From positions 192,001 through 256,000 of the forward strand of contig JAEOUA010000012.1 of assembly GCA_016839555.1 (NCBI GenBank): a stretch of DNA of 64,000 nt, given 5' to 3'. This stretch comes from Promethearchaeota archaeon. GTDB lineage: Archaea; Asgardarchaeota; Lokiarchaeia; Sigyniarchaeales; SOKP01. The notes under the pieces are model-generated. The model was not told the origin of the DNA and searched no databases. It saw only the letters and a program-made list of their open reading frames with translations. This document shows positions 20,252-30,980 of this stretch, in pieces. How positions within the stretch are numbered: the first letter of the stretch is position 1; every line of letters starts with the position of its first letter. Made by a program: the position numbers and the translations under genes.

Positions 20252-21064
20252 TTATTTCAAAAGATTATTTAATTCCACAAATTTCTTCTGCACAGATATT
20301 TTTATATCTGGTGAGATTCCCGAGAATGAATTTTTAGTAAATTTAATCCTTCCCTCAACAATTGAAAATGTACAGATAGGACCATCCATCATTTCTACTG
20401 AAAATTGTTGATCCACCTTCCGCGATACCCAGATATCATCAAAGCTGTCAAGAAGGGATATTAACACGAAAGCTACTTTTGCTCTGGTTTTAAGATCCAT
20501 TTTTAATTTTGTTTGTGCTTCAGATTGCGGAGAGGATATTGGTATTACTTTTGGTGGTTCCAATTTTGAGACTTTTGGTTTTGATTCAGATTTTTCTATT
20601 GGTTGAGGTTTAGGAGTTGGTTTTGAAATAAGTCCAGTTTTAGGTTTTGCTTTACTTTTTGTAGAAGATACTTTTGTTACACTCCTATCAAAAGTTATTA
20701 TATTATTTTCGAGTTTTTTATGCTTTCTATGAAGAAGTTCTTGAAATTCCTCGTTCAATTCGGTTTCATGGGGGACTCTTCCTACTTTTCGCTGGTCTAT
20801 CTCCTTAATTTCCTTAATATCCCTTCCTATGATACTTTGATCAATACTATATCCATGACCCTTTAAACTATCCGCCTGTCGATGAGCCGTCCTTCGAGCA
20901 ACAAGACCCTGGGATTTTCCATGCCACAGATATAGATTCATCGATGATTCATCAAGCACAATAATCGAGCGATCGGGCTGAAGCTGATCTGGACTCCATT
21001 CGATAGGCTCGATCACCCCTCCCTCCTTGCAATTAAACATTATAGCAAAATCATGCGCTGTCAT
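20252..21064 (-). CDS. Gelsolin-like domain protein (one domain, Pro/Lys linker, C-terminal domain)
   Basis: LQPDRSIIVLDESSMNLYLWHGKSQGLVARRTAHRQA resembles the gelsolin repeat core. Confidence 0.65.
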   Translation of the reverse strand: MTAHDFAIMFNCKEGGVIEPIEWSPDQLQPDRSIIVLDESSMNLYLWHGKSQGLVARRTAHRQADSLKGHGYSIDQSIIGRDIKEIKEIDQRKVGRVPHETELNEEFQELLHRKHKKLENNIITFDRSVTKVSSTKSKAKPKTGLISKPTPKPQPIEKSESKPKVSKLEPPKVIPISSPQSEAQTKLKMDLKTRAKVAFVLISLLDSFDDIWVSRKVDQQFSVEMMDGPICTFSIVEGRIKFTKNSFSGISPDIKISVQKKFVELNNLLK

Positions 21065-21444
21065 TTCACATCAATACTTCTAATTTTCGTTTTCTTATAC
21101 TCTAAATATTATACTTTATATAATAATAAAAAAATTTAAAGTTGAGCATAATTTTTCAAAAAATCTCTTAGATAGGTTATATAACCTCGATGATATATTT
21201 TTATTGTTTAAGATAATATAAAGGAATTCTAGATCTCGAATAATCTACATTTCAAAAATAATAAAGCTATTAATCAATCATTAAAAGAAAAAAAATATAA
21301 TGTATGATAGATATGTTTAATTGATATAGCTTTCGCAAAAACAAACTTTCTTATTTATTTTTGCTTATTAAAAAATACCTTTCATATTTCCATTTCAATT
21401 AAAAATTAAGATAATAAATCTTTTAAATTTGGAGGATCTTTTAG

Positions 21445-22521
21445 ATGAATATTAAACCACGAGAAGAAGTTCTTAAAATGCCAAAATATGATCCACCTTT
21501 AGAGGGTCGTAGGGGAAAGCTTAGATTAGATTTTAATGAGAATCCCATTGGGTGTTCCCCAAAAGTTATTGAAATGCTTAAATCATTGACAAGAGAGGAT
21601 ATTGCAATTTATCCAGAGTATAATAAAATAAATGAAAAAATAGCGAATTATTTTAATGTAAGTCAAAATGAATTTTTATTAACTAATGGAACCGATGAGG
21701 GGATTAAATTAATTATAGATACTTATATCTCACCCCAAGATGAGATGCTCCTCCCAGTACCTATATTTTCCATGTTTGAAATTTATGCATCAATTATCGG
21801 ATGCCAAATATCTAAAATTTTATATAATCCCGATTTAAGTTTTCCAACGAACAATCTTCTTAAAGCTATTTCAGCTCGAACTAAAATAATAATTCTTGCT
21901 AATCCAAATAATCCCACTGGGACTGATATTAATGAAAACGATATTTTGAAAATTTTAAAAATTACTAATAAAAAAGGTATAGTAGTACTTTTAGATGAGG
22001 CTTATTACGACTTTTATGGAGAAACATTTTTACCGTCCATAAATAAATATATGAATCTAATAATAACTCGAACTTTTTCAAAAGCTTATGGCCTGGCAGG
22101 ATTAAGGCTAGGAATAGTATTTAGTAATTCTCAAAATATTAAATTTCTAAGAAGGGTTCTCTCTCCTTACAGCGTTAATATTATTGCCGTTATGGCAGCT
22201 ATGGTTGCACTTGATGATGAAGAATATATTAAAAAATTCTCAAATATGATTAAAATTAATAGAAATATTGTTAAAAGAGAATTAGAAAAACTAGATCTAA
22301 AAGTATATCCTTCCCATACTAATTTTTTAATTACCGATTTTGGAAATGCTTGTGAATATGTTGAAAAAGAATTAAAGAAAAGAGGGATCTTAGTTCGTAA
22401 TAGAAGCAATTATCCTCTTTTGAAAAATTGTCTAAGGATTGGCATTGGCACTGAAGATCAATGTGAAAAATTACTACAAGCAATTAAAGATATCATAATT
22501 AAATGGAGAAAAAATCATTAA
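21445..22521 (+). CDS. hisC: Histidinol-phosphate aminotransferase (class I/II PLP enzyme)
   Basis: LDFNENP, NGTDE, NPNNPTG, DEAY, RTFSKAYGLAGLRLG. Confidence 0.88.
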   Translation: MNIKPREEVLKMPKYDPPLEGRRGKLRLDFNENPIGCSPKVIEMLKSLTREDIAIYPEYNKINEKIANYFNVSQNEFLLTNGTDEGIKLIIDTYISPQDEMLLPVPIFSMFEIYASIIGCQISKILYNPDLSFPTNNLLKAISARTKIIILANPNNPTGTDINENDILKILKITNKKGIVVLLDEAYYDFYGETFLPSINKYMNLIITRTFSKAYGLAGLRLGIVFSNSQNIKFLRRVLSPYSVNIIAVMAAMVALDDEEYIKKFSNMIKINRNIVKRELEKLDLKVYPSHTNFLITDFGNACEYVEKELKKRGILVRNRSNYPLLKNCLRIGIGTEDQCEKLLQAIKDIIIKWRKNH

Positions 22522-22673
22522 AACCAATTAAAATCAAAATCTGCTCTTTAAAGTATTTAAATATTTTTAAGAAAGAGGGGAGTCATTTCTAAACAAAAAT
22601 AATAAATCTTTAAAATCTTCTAAAAATTAATATACTGAATTACACATATCAAAATATATTAATTTTATGGAAA

Positions 22674-25160
22674 ATGCTGACTATTCTTCAAAATGATGAA
22701 AGAGTTTTCGAATTAAAAGATAGTATTATTGAATTCAAATTTTTCACATCTGGTGAACATAAAGGAAGATTTAATATTGCATTTAAGGACTTTCAAGGTA
22801 ATAAAAGTGGTTTAAGAAAATGTTATACTTCCATTAATTATTATAACCATAATTATAAATTAAAAGAATATCCCTCATTTAATTATACTTATAAAGCAGC
22901 AGATGTCGAACAAATAGAAGATGCTTTAGGAAGCGGCCTAATTGTATTATTTTCCAGAACCACATCCGATAAAGATAAGTTTGATTTTCAAATTCTTTTT
23001 AGATTTTATGATGATACTGATTTTTTTTTAATAGAATTAATAAGCATCAAAGACCTTACGAATCAAAATTATGGAATTCATAGTATATCCCCTTTCACTA
23101 TAAAGGATACTAAATTATGGTTAACTGGAAATAAAGAACCTACAAATTTAAAAGATATAACGTGGTTTAAAAATGGTTGGCAAAGTTGGTCTCCTTGCAA
23201 AATTTTCTTTGGAAAAGAAAAGGATAGAAAAGGTCCCCCATTAAAAATTTTTAAAAGAACTCTTGATAATCAAGATTATGAAATTGAAGGGCGGTTTTAT
23301 TCTGAATATAACACAGTTATCACTGATCTCATCTCGAAAAACTCCTTAATTATCGGATTTACCACATTAAAAGACCAATTTTCAAGAATTATTATGGATT
23401 ATAAAAAAACTTATAGATTAAAAATATTAACTGCTTTTGGGTGTATGGATGGAAGAACATTCCAAGACTCCTTTATTAATTCTTCTGAAGAACTTTTTAT
23501 CGGTTTCAAAACAGAAAATAAGGGTTGTTATGGTTTAATTGATTATGCAAAGATTGTGAAAGAAAATGCGGAAGAGGAGCATCCTAATGACGTTCCCATT
23601 GGCTGGGCTTCTTGGTATTATTATTTTACAAAAGTTACTGAAAGTGATATAATTAAAAATCTAAACTTTTTTAAAAAAAATGAAGAAAAGGTTCCTATAG
23701 ATTTTATTCAGCTTGATGATGGTTATTTTGAGAAAATTGGCGATTATCAAAATATTAATAATAAATTCTCTCATGGAATATCATGGTTATTTGAAAAAAT
23801 TAAAAATACAGGATTCATAGGCGGTATCTGGACAGCTCCCTTTTTCGCAGAAAAAAATTCAAATCTTTTTCAAGAACATCCACAATGGTTTTTAAAGAAA
23901 GCGGGAAAAAATAAGTTCTTAAAAACTCATTTTAACTGGGGAACCTTTCAATATGGTCTTGATTTAACTCAACACGAAATTCTTGTTTATATTAAGAATT
24001 ATTTCAAAAAATTCCGATTTGCATTAAAGGAAAAACAAATTGAAGAGGAAAGTTTGATAGAATTTTTTAAAATTGACTTTCTCTTTGCTGCTGCTCCTTA
24101 TGATGCAGATTATGAAAATAAAAAGCTTACTAGAGCTCAATTATATTATAATGGTGTGAAAGCTATACGAGAAGGGATCTCAGAGGATTCTTTTCTACTT
24201 GGCTGCGGTGCCCCCTTAGGGCCTTGTGCGGGTTTAGTGGATGCTATGAGAATTGGCACGGATACGGCTCCTGAATGGACAAAATGGGATTGGATTGGAA
24301 ATAAATTGGGATTTGCCTTACCAAATCTTAAGCGTGCCTTAATCAATACACTCTATCGTTCATTTATGCATAAATATTTCTGGATAAATGATCCAGATTG
24401 TCTTATGATACGCAGAACTGATACAAATTTAAATCTGAATGAAATTAGACTTCAATTAACTCTATTTGGGATTTCAGGAGGGCAAATTTTAATCTCTGAT
24501 GATATGACAAAATTAACTGAAGAGGAGATTCGAGATGCTTCTCTTATGCTCCCAGTTTATAATCCAGAAGATTTTGATCCCGTTGTTCCCGATGCCTTTA
24601 TTTCAGAATTGCCTACAATTTATTTTCTCGAAACGCAAGAAACTATCGGTAAACGATATTTGGTTGCGATAATAAATTGGGATAAAAAGCCACATAATAG
24701 AAGCATTAAAATTTCACAAATTTTACCTAATCTCCCGAAAGATGAGAAAAATTTCTTTGTATTTGATTTTTGGAATAATAAATTTCTAGGGGAATATAAT
24801 AGAGATACAGCAATCTATTTAAACAAAATCCCACCTCATGGATGTAGCTATTTATCACTTATTTTTATTGATAAATTCTTAAAAAAGGAACCCATATTTT
24901 TATCGTCAGACTTACATATAACACAAGGATGCTGCGAAATAACTAATTTCGACTATAACGAAGAGGAAATGATAATTTCATTAATTCTAGATTTAATCGG
25001 AGAACGAGAGGGAAAACTATTATTAAAATTGCCTTCCCATCTGAAAATAAAGGAATGTCAATATAACTACTCTATTTTTGATAAAGAACGAAATATCTTT
25101 GAGATTGAGGTTGCTTTTATAGATCATACTTCATTTACGATTTTTTTGACCAATAAATAA
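22674..25160 (+). CDS. Glycoside hydrolase family 36 (alpha-galactosidase-like)
   Basis: GWASWYYY, QLDDGY, GIWTAPF, FKIDF, LLGCGAP, MRIGTD, INDPDC. Confidence 0.88.
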   Translation: MLTILQNDERVFELKDSIIEFKFFTSGEHKGRFNIAFKDFQGNKSGLRKCYTSINYYNHNYKLKEYPSFNYTYKAADVEQIEDALGSGLIVLFSRTTSDKDKFDFQILFRFYDDTDFFLIELISIKDLTNQNYGIHSISPFTIKDTKLWLTGNKEPTNLKDITWFKNGWQSWSPCKIFFGKEKDRKGPPLKIFKRTLDNQDYEIEGRFYSEYNTVITDLISKNSLIIGFTTLKDQFSRIIMDYKKTYRLKILTAFGCMDGRTFQDSFINSSEELFIGFKTENKGCYGLIDYAKIVKENAEEEHPNDVPIGWASWYYYFTKVTESDIIKNLNFFKKNEEKVPIDFIQLDDGYFEKIGDYQNINNKFSHGISWLFEKIKNTGFIGGIWTAPFFAEKNSNLFQEHPQWFLKKAGKNKFLKTHFNWGTFQYGLDLTQHEILVYIKNYFKKFRFALKEKQIEEESLIEFFKIDFLFAAAPYDADYENKKLTRAQLYYNGVKAIREGISEDSFLLGCGAPLGPCAGLVDAMRIGTDTAPEWTKWDWIGNKLGFALPNLKRALINTLYRSFMHKYFWINDPDCLMIRRTDTNLNLNEIRLQLTLFGISGGQILISDDMTKLTEEEIRDASLMLPVYNPEDFDPVVPDAFISELPTIYFLETQETIGKRYLVAIINWDKKPHNRSIKISQILPNLPKDEKNFFVFDFWNNKFLGEYNRDTAIYLNKIPPHGCSYLSLIFIDKFLKKEPIFLSSDLHITQGCCEITNFDYNEEEMIISLILDLIGEREGKLLLKLPSHLKIKECQYNYSIFDKERNIFEIEVAFIDHTSFTIFLTNK

Positions 25161-25239
25161 ATCAAAATACTCAGAGATAAATTAGAAATAGAAACTGAAA
25201 AATAAAAATAAAAATAATGAAACATTTTATCGATTACAC

Positions 25240-26715
25240 ATGGCTCATTTTTTAGAAGAGTTTTTAACTCCAGAAAGTATTGCTGTTTATGGCGCAAATA
25301 ATAAAGGAGCAGGAATTGGATCTCTTCAATTAATGGGACTCATAATTTCCGGTTTTAAAGGAAATATTTATCCTATTCACCTTAAATTGGATTCTGTTAT
25401 GGGCTTTAAAGCTTATCAAACAATTTCCGAAGTTCCTGAAATACCAGATCTAGTTTTGATTGTATTGCCTCCAAACATAGTTCCACAGATCTTTAGAGAA
25501 TGTGGTGAGAAAGGGGTCAAGAGAATAATTTTAATATCTGGAGGATTTAGAGAATTATGCGGAGAAAGAGCTAATACTTTAACAGAAGAAATTCAAGAGA
25601 TAGCAGATAAATATGGAATAAGATTTATTGGACCAAATTGTTTGGGAATTTATAATAGTTGGCTCTATCCAGATGATGAAGGGAGTGCTTTAAATACTGC
25701 TATTTGGGAACAACAACAAAGAGGATATTTTTCTATTGCTTCTCAAAGTGGAACACTTGCATCTCATATTTTTTTTGACCCCGAAAACTTAGATTTAGGT
25801 ATAAGCAGGTCCCTATCCTTAGGAAATGAAGCAAATATAGATATTGTAGATTGTCTCGAATACTATAAGAAAGATGAAAAAACGAAAGTAATAGGATTAT
25901 ACATAGAAGAATTAAAACGAGCAAAGAAATTTCTAAGGTTAACTAAAGAAATTACTCCAAAAAAACCTATAATAACAATTTATGTTGGCGGATCAAATGC
26001 AGCAAAAAGAGCTGTAAAAAGTCATACGGGCTCACTAGCGGGAAATGCTAAAATATATGAAGCTGCCTTTAAAGAAACAGGAATTATTAAAACCGAATTG
26101 GTAGAAGAATTTCTTGATTTAGCCAGAATATGTGAAAAAGGAATTTTTCCAAAAGGAAAAAGATTAGGAATTATTACCAATTCTGGAGGTCCAGGAGTTA
26201 TGATAGCATACCAAGCAGAGCAAAAAGGTTTAACTGTTCCCAAATTTTCTGAAGAATTAAGAAATGATCTGAAGCAATACGTTATAAAAACGGCTTCAGT
26301 TGAGAATCCTGTCGATACTACTTTTGATATAAATCTTAATAATTTTTATATAAATATTCCAAAGACGCTTATGAAGTCAGGGGAGGTGGATGCAATAATT
26401 ATGTATGGGGTATTCGGATTTCAAGATGTTTTAAATGAATTATTGCAATATGAAAGAATTGCTAAATATCAGAATTTTCCGGAACAACCAAATGTTCCAT
26501 TAGAGAAAATTTTTATTTCTCCCATCTTAAAAACTTCAAAAAGATATTCAATACCGATCTTTTATATTAATCCACAGAATTACAATAACCCTTGGTCCAA
26601 AAAAATAAGAAGCACAGGTGCTCTTTTATTTAAATTGTGGGATAGCCCAGTAAGATGTTTAGCAAAATTGTCGGAATATGCTTCATATAGGAAAAGGATG
26701 CAATCAAAAGAGTAA
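25240..26715 (+). CDS. ADP-forming acyl-CoA synthetase alpha subunit
   Basis: CoA-binding N-terminus, GPNCLG, SQSGT, SHTGSLAG phospho-His, TNSGGPG, NPVD. Confidence 0.9.
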   Translation: MAHFLEEFLTPESIAVYGANNKGAGIGSLQLMGLIISGFKGNIYPIHLKLDSVMGFKAYQTISEVPEIPDLVLIVLPPNIVPQIFRECGEKGVKRIILISGGFRELCGERANTLTEEIQEIADKYGIRFIGPNCLGIYNSWLYPDDEGSALNTAIWEQQQRGYFSIASQSGTLASHIFFDPENLDLGISRSLSLGNEANIDIVDCLEYYKKDEKTKVIGLYIEELKRAKKFLRLTKEITPKKPIITIYVGGSNAAKRAVKSHTGSLAGNAKIYEAAFKETGIIKTELVEEFLDLARICEKGIFPKGKRLGIITNSGGPGVMIAYQAEQKGLTVPKFSEELRNDLKQYVIKTASVENPVDTTFDINLNNFYINIPKTLMKSGEVDAIIMYGVFGFQDVLNELLQYERIAKYQNFPEQPNVPLEKIFISPILKTSKRYSIPIFYINPQNYNNPWSKKIRSTGALLFKLWDSPVRCLAKLSEYASYRKRMQSKE

Positions 26716-26735
26716 AAATTATTGATAAATGGCAG

Positions 26736-27164
26736 TTATTCATAACATTTTTTATTTAAATCTTTCTTATTAGTTGTCTTCCCACTGAGAATGCAATTTT
26801 TAAGGGTTAAATTATTGAAATTGAATTCACTGTCTTTATCAACAATGCAATAATCCAATTTGAATATCTCACCTAATCTAACATTATTAAATATTATAGA
26901 ATTTGAGATCTCATCATAATCTCCAATTACAGAATTATCTCCAATATATACATTTGGGCCCAATAAAACATCATCTCCTATAGTTACATTATCTCCAATA
27001 AAGACTGGTTCTATGATCGAAGGAAAATCCCCAATATATTCTTTAATACGATTTTTTGTGATATTATTATTTAAAAAATGTTTCAAACTTCTCTTAAACT
27101 CTTCAATTGTGAGATTTTCTTTATTAACTATTAAATCTTTTATTGATTCAAGTATATCCTTCAT
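26736..27164 (-). CDS. Left-handed beta-helix protein (NDP-sugar synthase C-terminal-like)
   Basis: Hexapeptide repeats PVFIGDNVTIGDDVLLGPNVYIGDNSVIG. Confidence 0.7.
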   Translation of the reverse strand: MKDILESIKDLIVNKENLTIEEFKRSLKHFLNNNITKNRIKEYIGDFPSIIEPVFIGDNVTIGDDVLLGPNVYIGDNSVIGDYDEISNSIIFNNVRLGEIFKLDYCIVDKDSEFNFNNLTLKNCILSGKTTNKKDLNKKCYE

Positions 27165-27244
27165 TTTTTCACTTCTTGTATTTTTTTGCTTTTTTAATTT
27201 ATTATTTCAAAAATTTTTAAAATGAATCCTAAAATCTTATAATT

Positions 27245-27961
27245 TTATAATAATCCCATCGCATTCATTAACTTCTCTATTCCCTCCCCTGTACGCGCAC
27301 TTGTTTGAATAACTTTTATATTTGGATTAATCTTTTTTGCATCTTTCACCATTTTATTAATATCTGTATTCAATCTCTCAACCAGATCGATTTTATTAAT
27401 AATTGCTATTTCAGACATTTTGAATAATAAGGGATGCTTTTCAATCACCCATTCTCCCTCAGTCACTGATACTACCGTAATTCTCATATCCATCCCTAGG
27501 ATAAATTCTGAAGGGCAAATTAAATTTCCCACATTCTCAACAAAAATAATATCATATTTTTCAAGTTCGATATTTTGTGTTATTTTATTAATATGATAGG
27601 CATTTAAAGCACATTCACGCCCGGTGTTGATCTGTATAGTATCCACATGTTTTTTTTGAATCCGATCGGCATCTAATCGGGTAGTAACATCTCCACAGAT
27701 GACTAATATTTTCTTTTTTGGTCCTAACTTTTCTGCTAATTTTTCCAATATAGCAGTTTTTCCTGAACCGATTGCTCCCACAATATCAAAGGATTTAATA
27801 TCATAATGATTTAATTTTTGTTTTATATTGAGAGCGATTATATCATTATTTTTTCCCACTTCTTTTTGCATTCTTACAATCTCTTCTCTATTTATTTCAT
27901 TTGCTAATTTTCTGCTTTCTAATTCCATCACTCTTTCAAAATCTTTTTCTTGCTTAGCCAT
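27245..27961 (-). CDS. hypB: Hydrogenase nickel incorporation GTPase HypB
   Basis: GAIGSGKT, QINTGREC, ENVGNLICP, SVTEG, NKID, SARTGEG. Confidence 0.92.
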   Translation of the reverse strand: MAKQEKDFERVMELESRKLANEINREEIVRMQKEVGKNNDIIALNIKQKLNHYDIKSFDIVGAIGSGKTAILEKLAEKLGPKKKILVICGDVTTRLDADRIQKKHVDTIQINTGRECALNAYHINKITQNIELEKYDIIFVENVGNLICPSEFILGMDMRITVVSVTEGEWVIEKHPLLFKMSEIAIINKIDLVERLNTDINKMVKDAKKINPNIKVIQTSARTGEGIEKLMNAMGLL

Positions 27962-28186
27962 TCTTTTATAAACCGATTTTTACCTTACTTTTATACTATA
28001 TTTCTAATAATAATAAATTACATTAAAAATTACTTCTAAGAAAATAAAATTAAGATATAGCTGAAAAATTGTTAAAAACCATAAGTGGTTTCAGAAAATA
28101 GAAAAAAATGAAAAGAGAAAATAAAAAATTAATAAAAATAAAAATTAATTATTAATAGGGTTTCCAGGTATACGGAAAGATCATAT

Positions 28187-29551
28187 TCAAACAGAAGTAA
28201 ATTCGGTTTTTTTTGGTGGAAATAAGTTTAAGGATACACCTAATTCATGTGCCTCTTCTTGTTTGGCGTATTGTTTAACTGATATTCCTTGCATTGCAGC
28301 ATCTATAGCTTGTCGAAAGGCTCTAGCCCCTGCAATTGGTCCCTCCGGATGAGCATGTATTGCTCCTCCACTCCCAATCATAATATTTGGACCTAAATCC
28401 TCCACAATCTTTTCAACTAATCCTTGTGTAATACCACCACTGGGCATTGGCATTGTACGTTTAATATGAGGCGCATTGCGCATCGGCATAACCATTTGAC
28501 GAGCAGTTTCCAAAAACTTGTCTTTACTTGTAGGTGCTTTTCCATAAGGAGCAGGATGGACAATTGTATCACAGCCAGCTAATCTTCCGAATTTTCCAAG
28601 TATTAAGGGGCTACTAACGCCTCCCCATGGATCTTGATATATAGCTCCAGCAAAATCCATATGTCCTAAGATGGGAACTTTCACGGAAGGATCTTCTGCC
28701 AATTTTCTCATTGCAGAATATCCAACTGAGATGTGATTAACCATTAATGCATTTGCTCCATGTTCTTGGGCTATGTCTGCAAGCTCGAACATCCGATCTA
28801 CTCTATCTGTGATATTGACGGTATATAATGTTTTTTCTCCTTTTTCCTCATCTGCCCTATCAAGCGCTTCCATAAATTTGGTAAGCCTTTCGGTTAAAGG
28901 ATTAAAATCAACATCAGCAATTAATTCATCGTCTTTGATCACATCGCAGCCTCCTACAGCCGCTTGATAAGCTAATTCTGCAGCTGGTGTTTCTGAAAGC
29001 GTATAGACACAAGGTTTTATCATATTATTTAATAAAGGTCTCTCAGGTACTCCTAAGATTTTTCTAATCCCTATATCTCCAAATTTTGGCCCTTTAAATT
29101 CCTTCAAGAATGCTTTTGGAAAACGCACGTCCACCATTTTAAGAGGTCCACCCATAGAAATATTACCGAAAATAGTGGTAAATAGCATAGGAAATTGCGG
29201 TCTGAAATTTAATGGATAAGCGACTTGTACTATCCAATCTCTATATTTAGGATTATCAAAAAAGTCTTCGACACCTTCATATTCATAATCGGGAACTGAC
29301 CATAACCCAATAACTTTTGCAACGTGTTTTCTCCTTGTTTCGGGTGTTTCCGCAGGAACAGCAACAAATGTCCCTGTGCTCTGCTCTATACATAAACTCT
29401 GTGTCATATAAAACGCATCCATTTTCCTATGGAGTTTGGCAATATAAGTTGCGATGATATGAGTCTCATAATCAATATCTTCTGGTAAGGCATTAGGTCT
29501 ACTTAATCTATCTAAATCAAATTTATCAAATTCTTCCGGCAATTTTGACAT
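28187..29551 (-). CDS. RuBisCO-like protein (form IV, RLP)
   Basis: EQSTGT, IKDDE, PSGG and GSGGAIHAHP present, but IKPC replaces KPK and HMDFA replaces HRAxH. Confidence 0.85.
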   Translation of the reverse strand: MSKLPEEFDKFDLDRLSRPNALPEDIDYETHIIATYIAKLHRKMDAFYMTQSLCIEQSTGTFVAVPAETPETRRKHVAKVIGLWSVPDYEYEGVEDFFDNPKYRDWIVQVAYPLNFRPQFPMLFTTIFGNISMGGPLKMVDVRFPKAFLKEFKGPKFGDIGIRKILGVPERPLLNNMIKPCVYTLSETPAAELAYQAAVGGCDVIKDDELIADVDFNPLTERLTKFMEALDRADEEKGEKTLYTVNITDRVDRMFELADIAQEHGANALMVNHISVGYSAMRKLAEDPSVKVPILGHMDFAGAIYQDPWGGVSSPLILGKFGRLAGCDTIVHPAPYGKAPTSKDKFLETARQMVMPMRNAPHIKRTMPMPSGGITQGLVEKIVEDLGPNIMIGSGGAIHAHPEGPIAGARAFRQAIDAAMQGISVKQYAKQEEAHELGVSLNLFPPKKTEFTSV

Positions 29552-29826
29552 TTTTATTCTTTTATTTTAGTTTTTTTTTATATTAATTTAATAAATTTTT
29601 TCATTAAAATAAAAGTGAAGAAGATTTTTCAATTTTATTGAAGAAAAGAAAAAATACTCATTTTTAAAACCCAAAACTAAAATTTTAAATATATTTAATA
29701 TGATTAGCACAAGTATGTTTAAATCCTTGAATTTAGTAGAAATAGAAAAAATAAATAAATTAACAATTAGATACGAATAAAAATTATATAAACAAAAAAT
29801 TTCTAAAAAAAATAATATAATATTAT

Positions 29827-29841
29827 AAAAAAAAAAAAAAA
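29827..29841 (-). terminator. Oligo-T terminator on the minus strand
   Basis: T15 run beginning about 17 nt after the stop of 29859-30977. Confidence 0.5.
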
Positions 29842-29858
29842 TTAAAGTATTTAAATTC

Positions 29859-30977
29859 TTATTCTGCAGTTTCTATTTCTTCTGCCTCGGTTTCTTCTTT
29901 AAGTGTTAAACATGTATCTTCTAACACATTCAGATATTCTATTAAAACATCGTTGGTTTTTGATTTCTGGAAATATTGTTTCTTAATGATATTTAAGAGA
30001 TAATTCGGAAACACCTTTTCAATGGTAAAGTCTGATAAAAGCCCGTAATATTCATTTCCTTTATCATCTTGAAATACTTGAATCATTTTATTCTCCCATA
30101 GAAGTCGTAAAACTTCATCGAGATTATCAACACCTTTCTTCTTCAGCTTTTCTAATTCATTTTTAGTAACTATAGAAGTACGCAGCAATTTCAAGGTTTC
30201 ATATGTCTGAGGGTTTGTAAACAATTTAACTAAGCTAATATTATCATACTCTTCTAACTTATATTCCGAAAAGAATTTTCTACATTCTGCGCGATAATCA
30301 TCTGCTAATCGAGCTGGCAAACCATGATCAGCAGGATTCTTTAATAGATTTACTGGAGGACGACGAAGAATCAACAAATCATTAATAAAGAAGATCAAAG
30401 GTGATGGCATTCCTTTTACTGACGCTTCCTTGACCAATCCTCTTCTTATTAATTCAATAAAGATACTTTCTAAATCTATAAAACCTTGCTTATACTGATC
30501 CTTTAGCCACACTGCTAATTCTGACCTCGAAACTACTCCTTCATCACGTAATCGATTAATAATCATTCGTTTAATCTCATCCTCATAAGTCATTGCTAAC
30601 CTCTGCTCTTCATTTAAAGTTGGATATACAGATAATCTCTGAAATAATGAAGGAATCATATCTTTATAGGCATCATCTTCTAGATTTTGTAATATTGTGA
30701 GTGCAACATTAGATAAACCACCTTCGTACGCATCTGGATCATCATCCACATTCAATAATAGAAGGATATAATAGCCAGAGTCTGGTCCCGTATAATAGGA
30801 GGCAATATTGAGTGAGCCAACCATTAAACTAATCATTCCAGCCTCTCCACTATATTCATGAGTGCTATATACCTGCATTAGAGTTTTATCCGTTATGTTA
30901 ATTTCTTCCGGATATTTAGCGAGAATCTCTGTACCAACTCTTTCATTCCATCTCATTATGACTAATCCAACTGGCAT
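29859..30977 (-). CDS. Asgard-type protein with an N-terminal longin/uDENN-like domain
   Basis: MPVGLVIMRWNERVGTEILAKYP N-terminus; later wHTH-like segments. Confidence 0.55.
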   Translation of the reverse strand: MPVGLVIMRWNERVGTEILAKYPEEINITDKTLMQVYSTHEYSGEAGMISLMVGSLNIASYYTGPDSGYYILLLLNVDDDPDAYEGGLSNVALTILQNLEDDAYKDMIPSLFQRLSVYPTLNEEQRLAMTYEDEIKRMIINRLRDEGVVSRSELAVWLKDQYKQGFIDLESIFIELIRRGLVKEASVKGMPSPLIFFINDLLILRRPPVNLLKNPADHGLPARLADDYRAECRKFFSEYKLEEYDNISLVKLFTNPQTYETLKLLRTSIVTKNELEKLKKKGVDNLDEVLRLLWENKMIQVFQDDKGNEYYGLLSDFTIEKVFPNYLLNIIKKQYFQKSKTNDVLIEYLNVLEDTCLTLKEETEAEEIETAE

Positions 30978-30980
30978 GAT

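Noticed and set aside
28187-29551. Form III RuBisCO completing the AMP phosphorylase pathway
   Set aside because: Key carboxylase residues are substituted, it is about 13 kb from the phosphorylase, and no ribose-1,5-bisphosphate isomerase is in the window.
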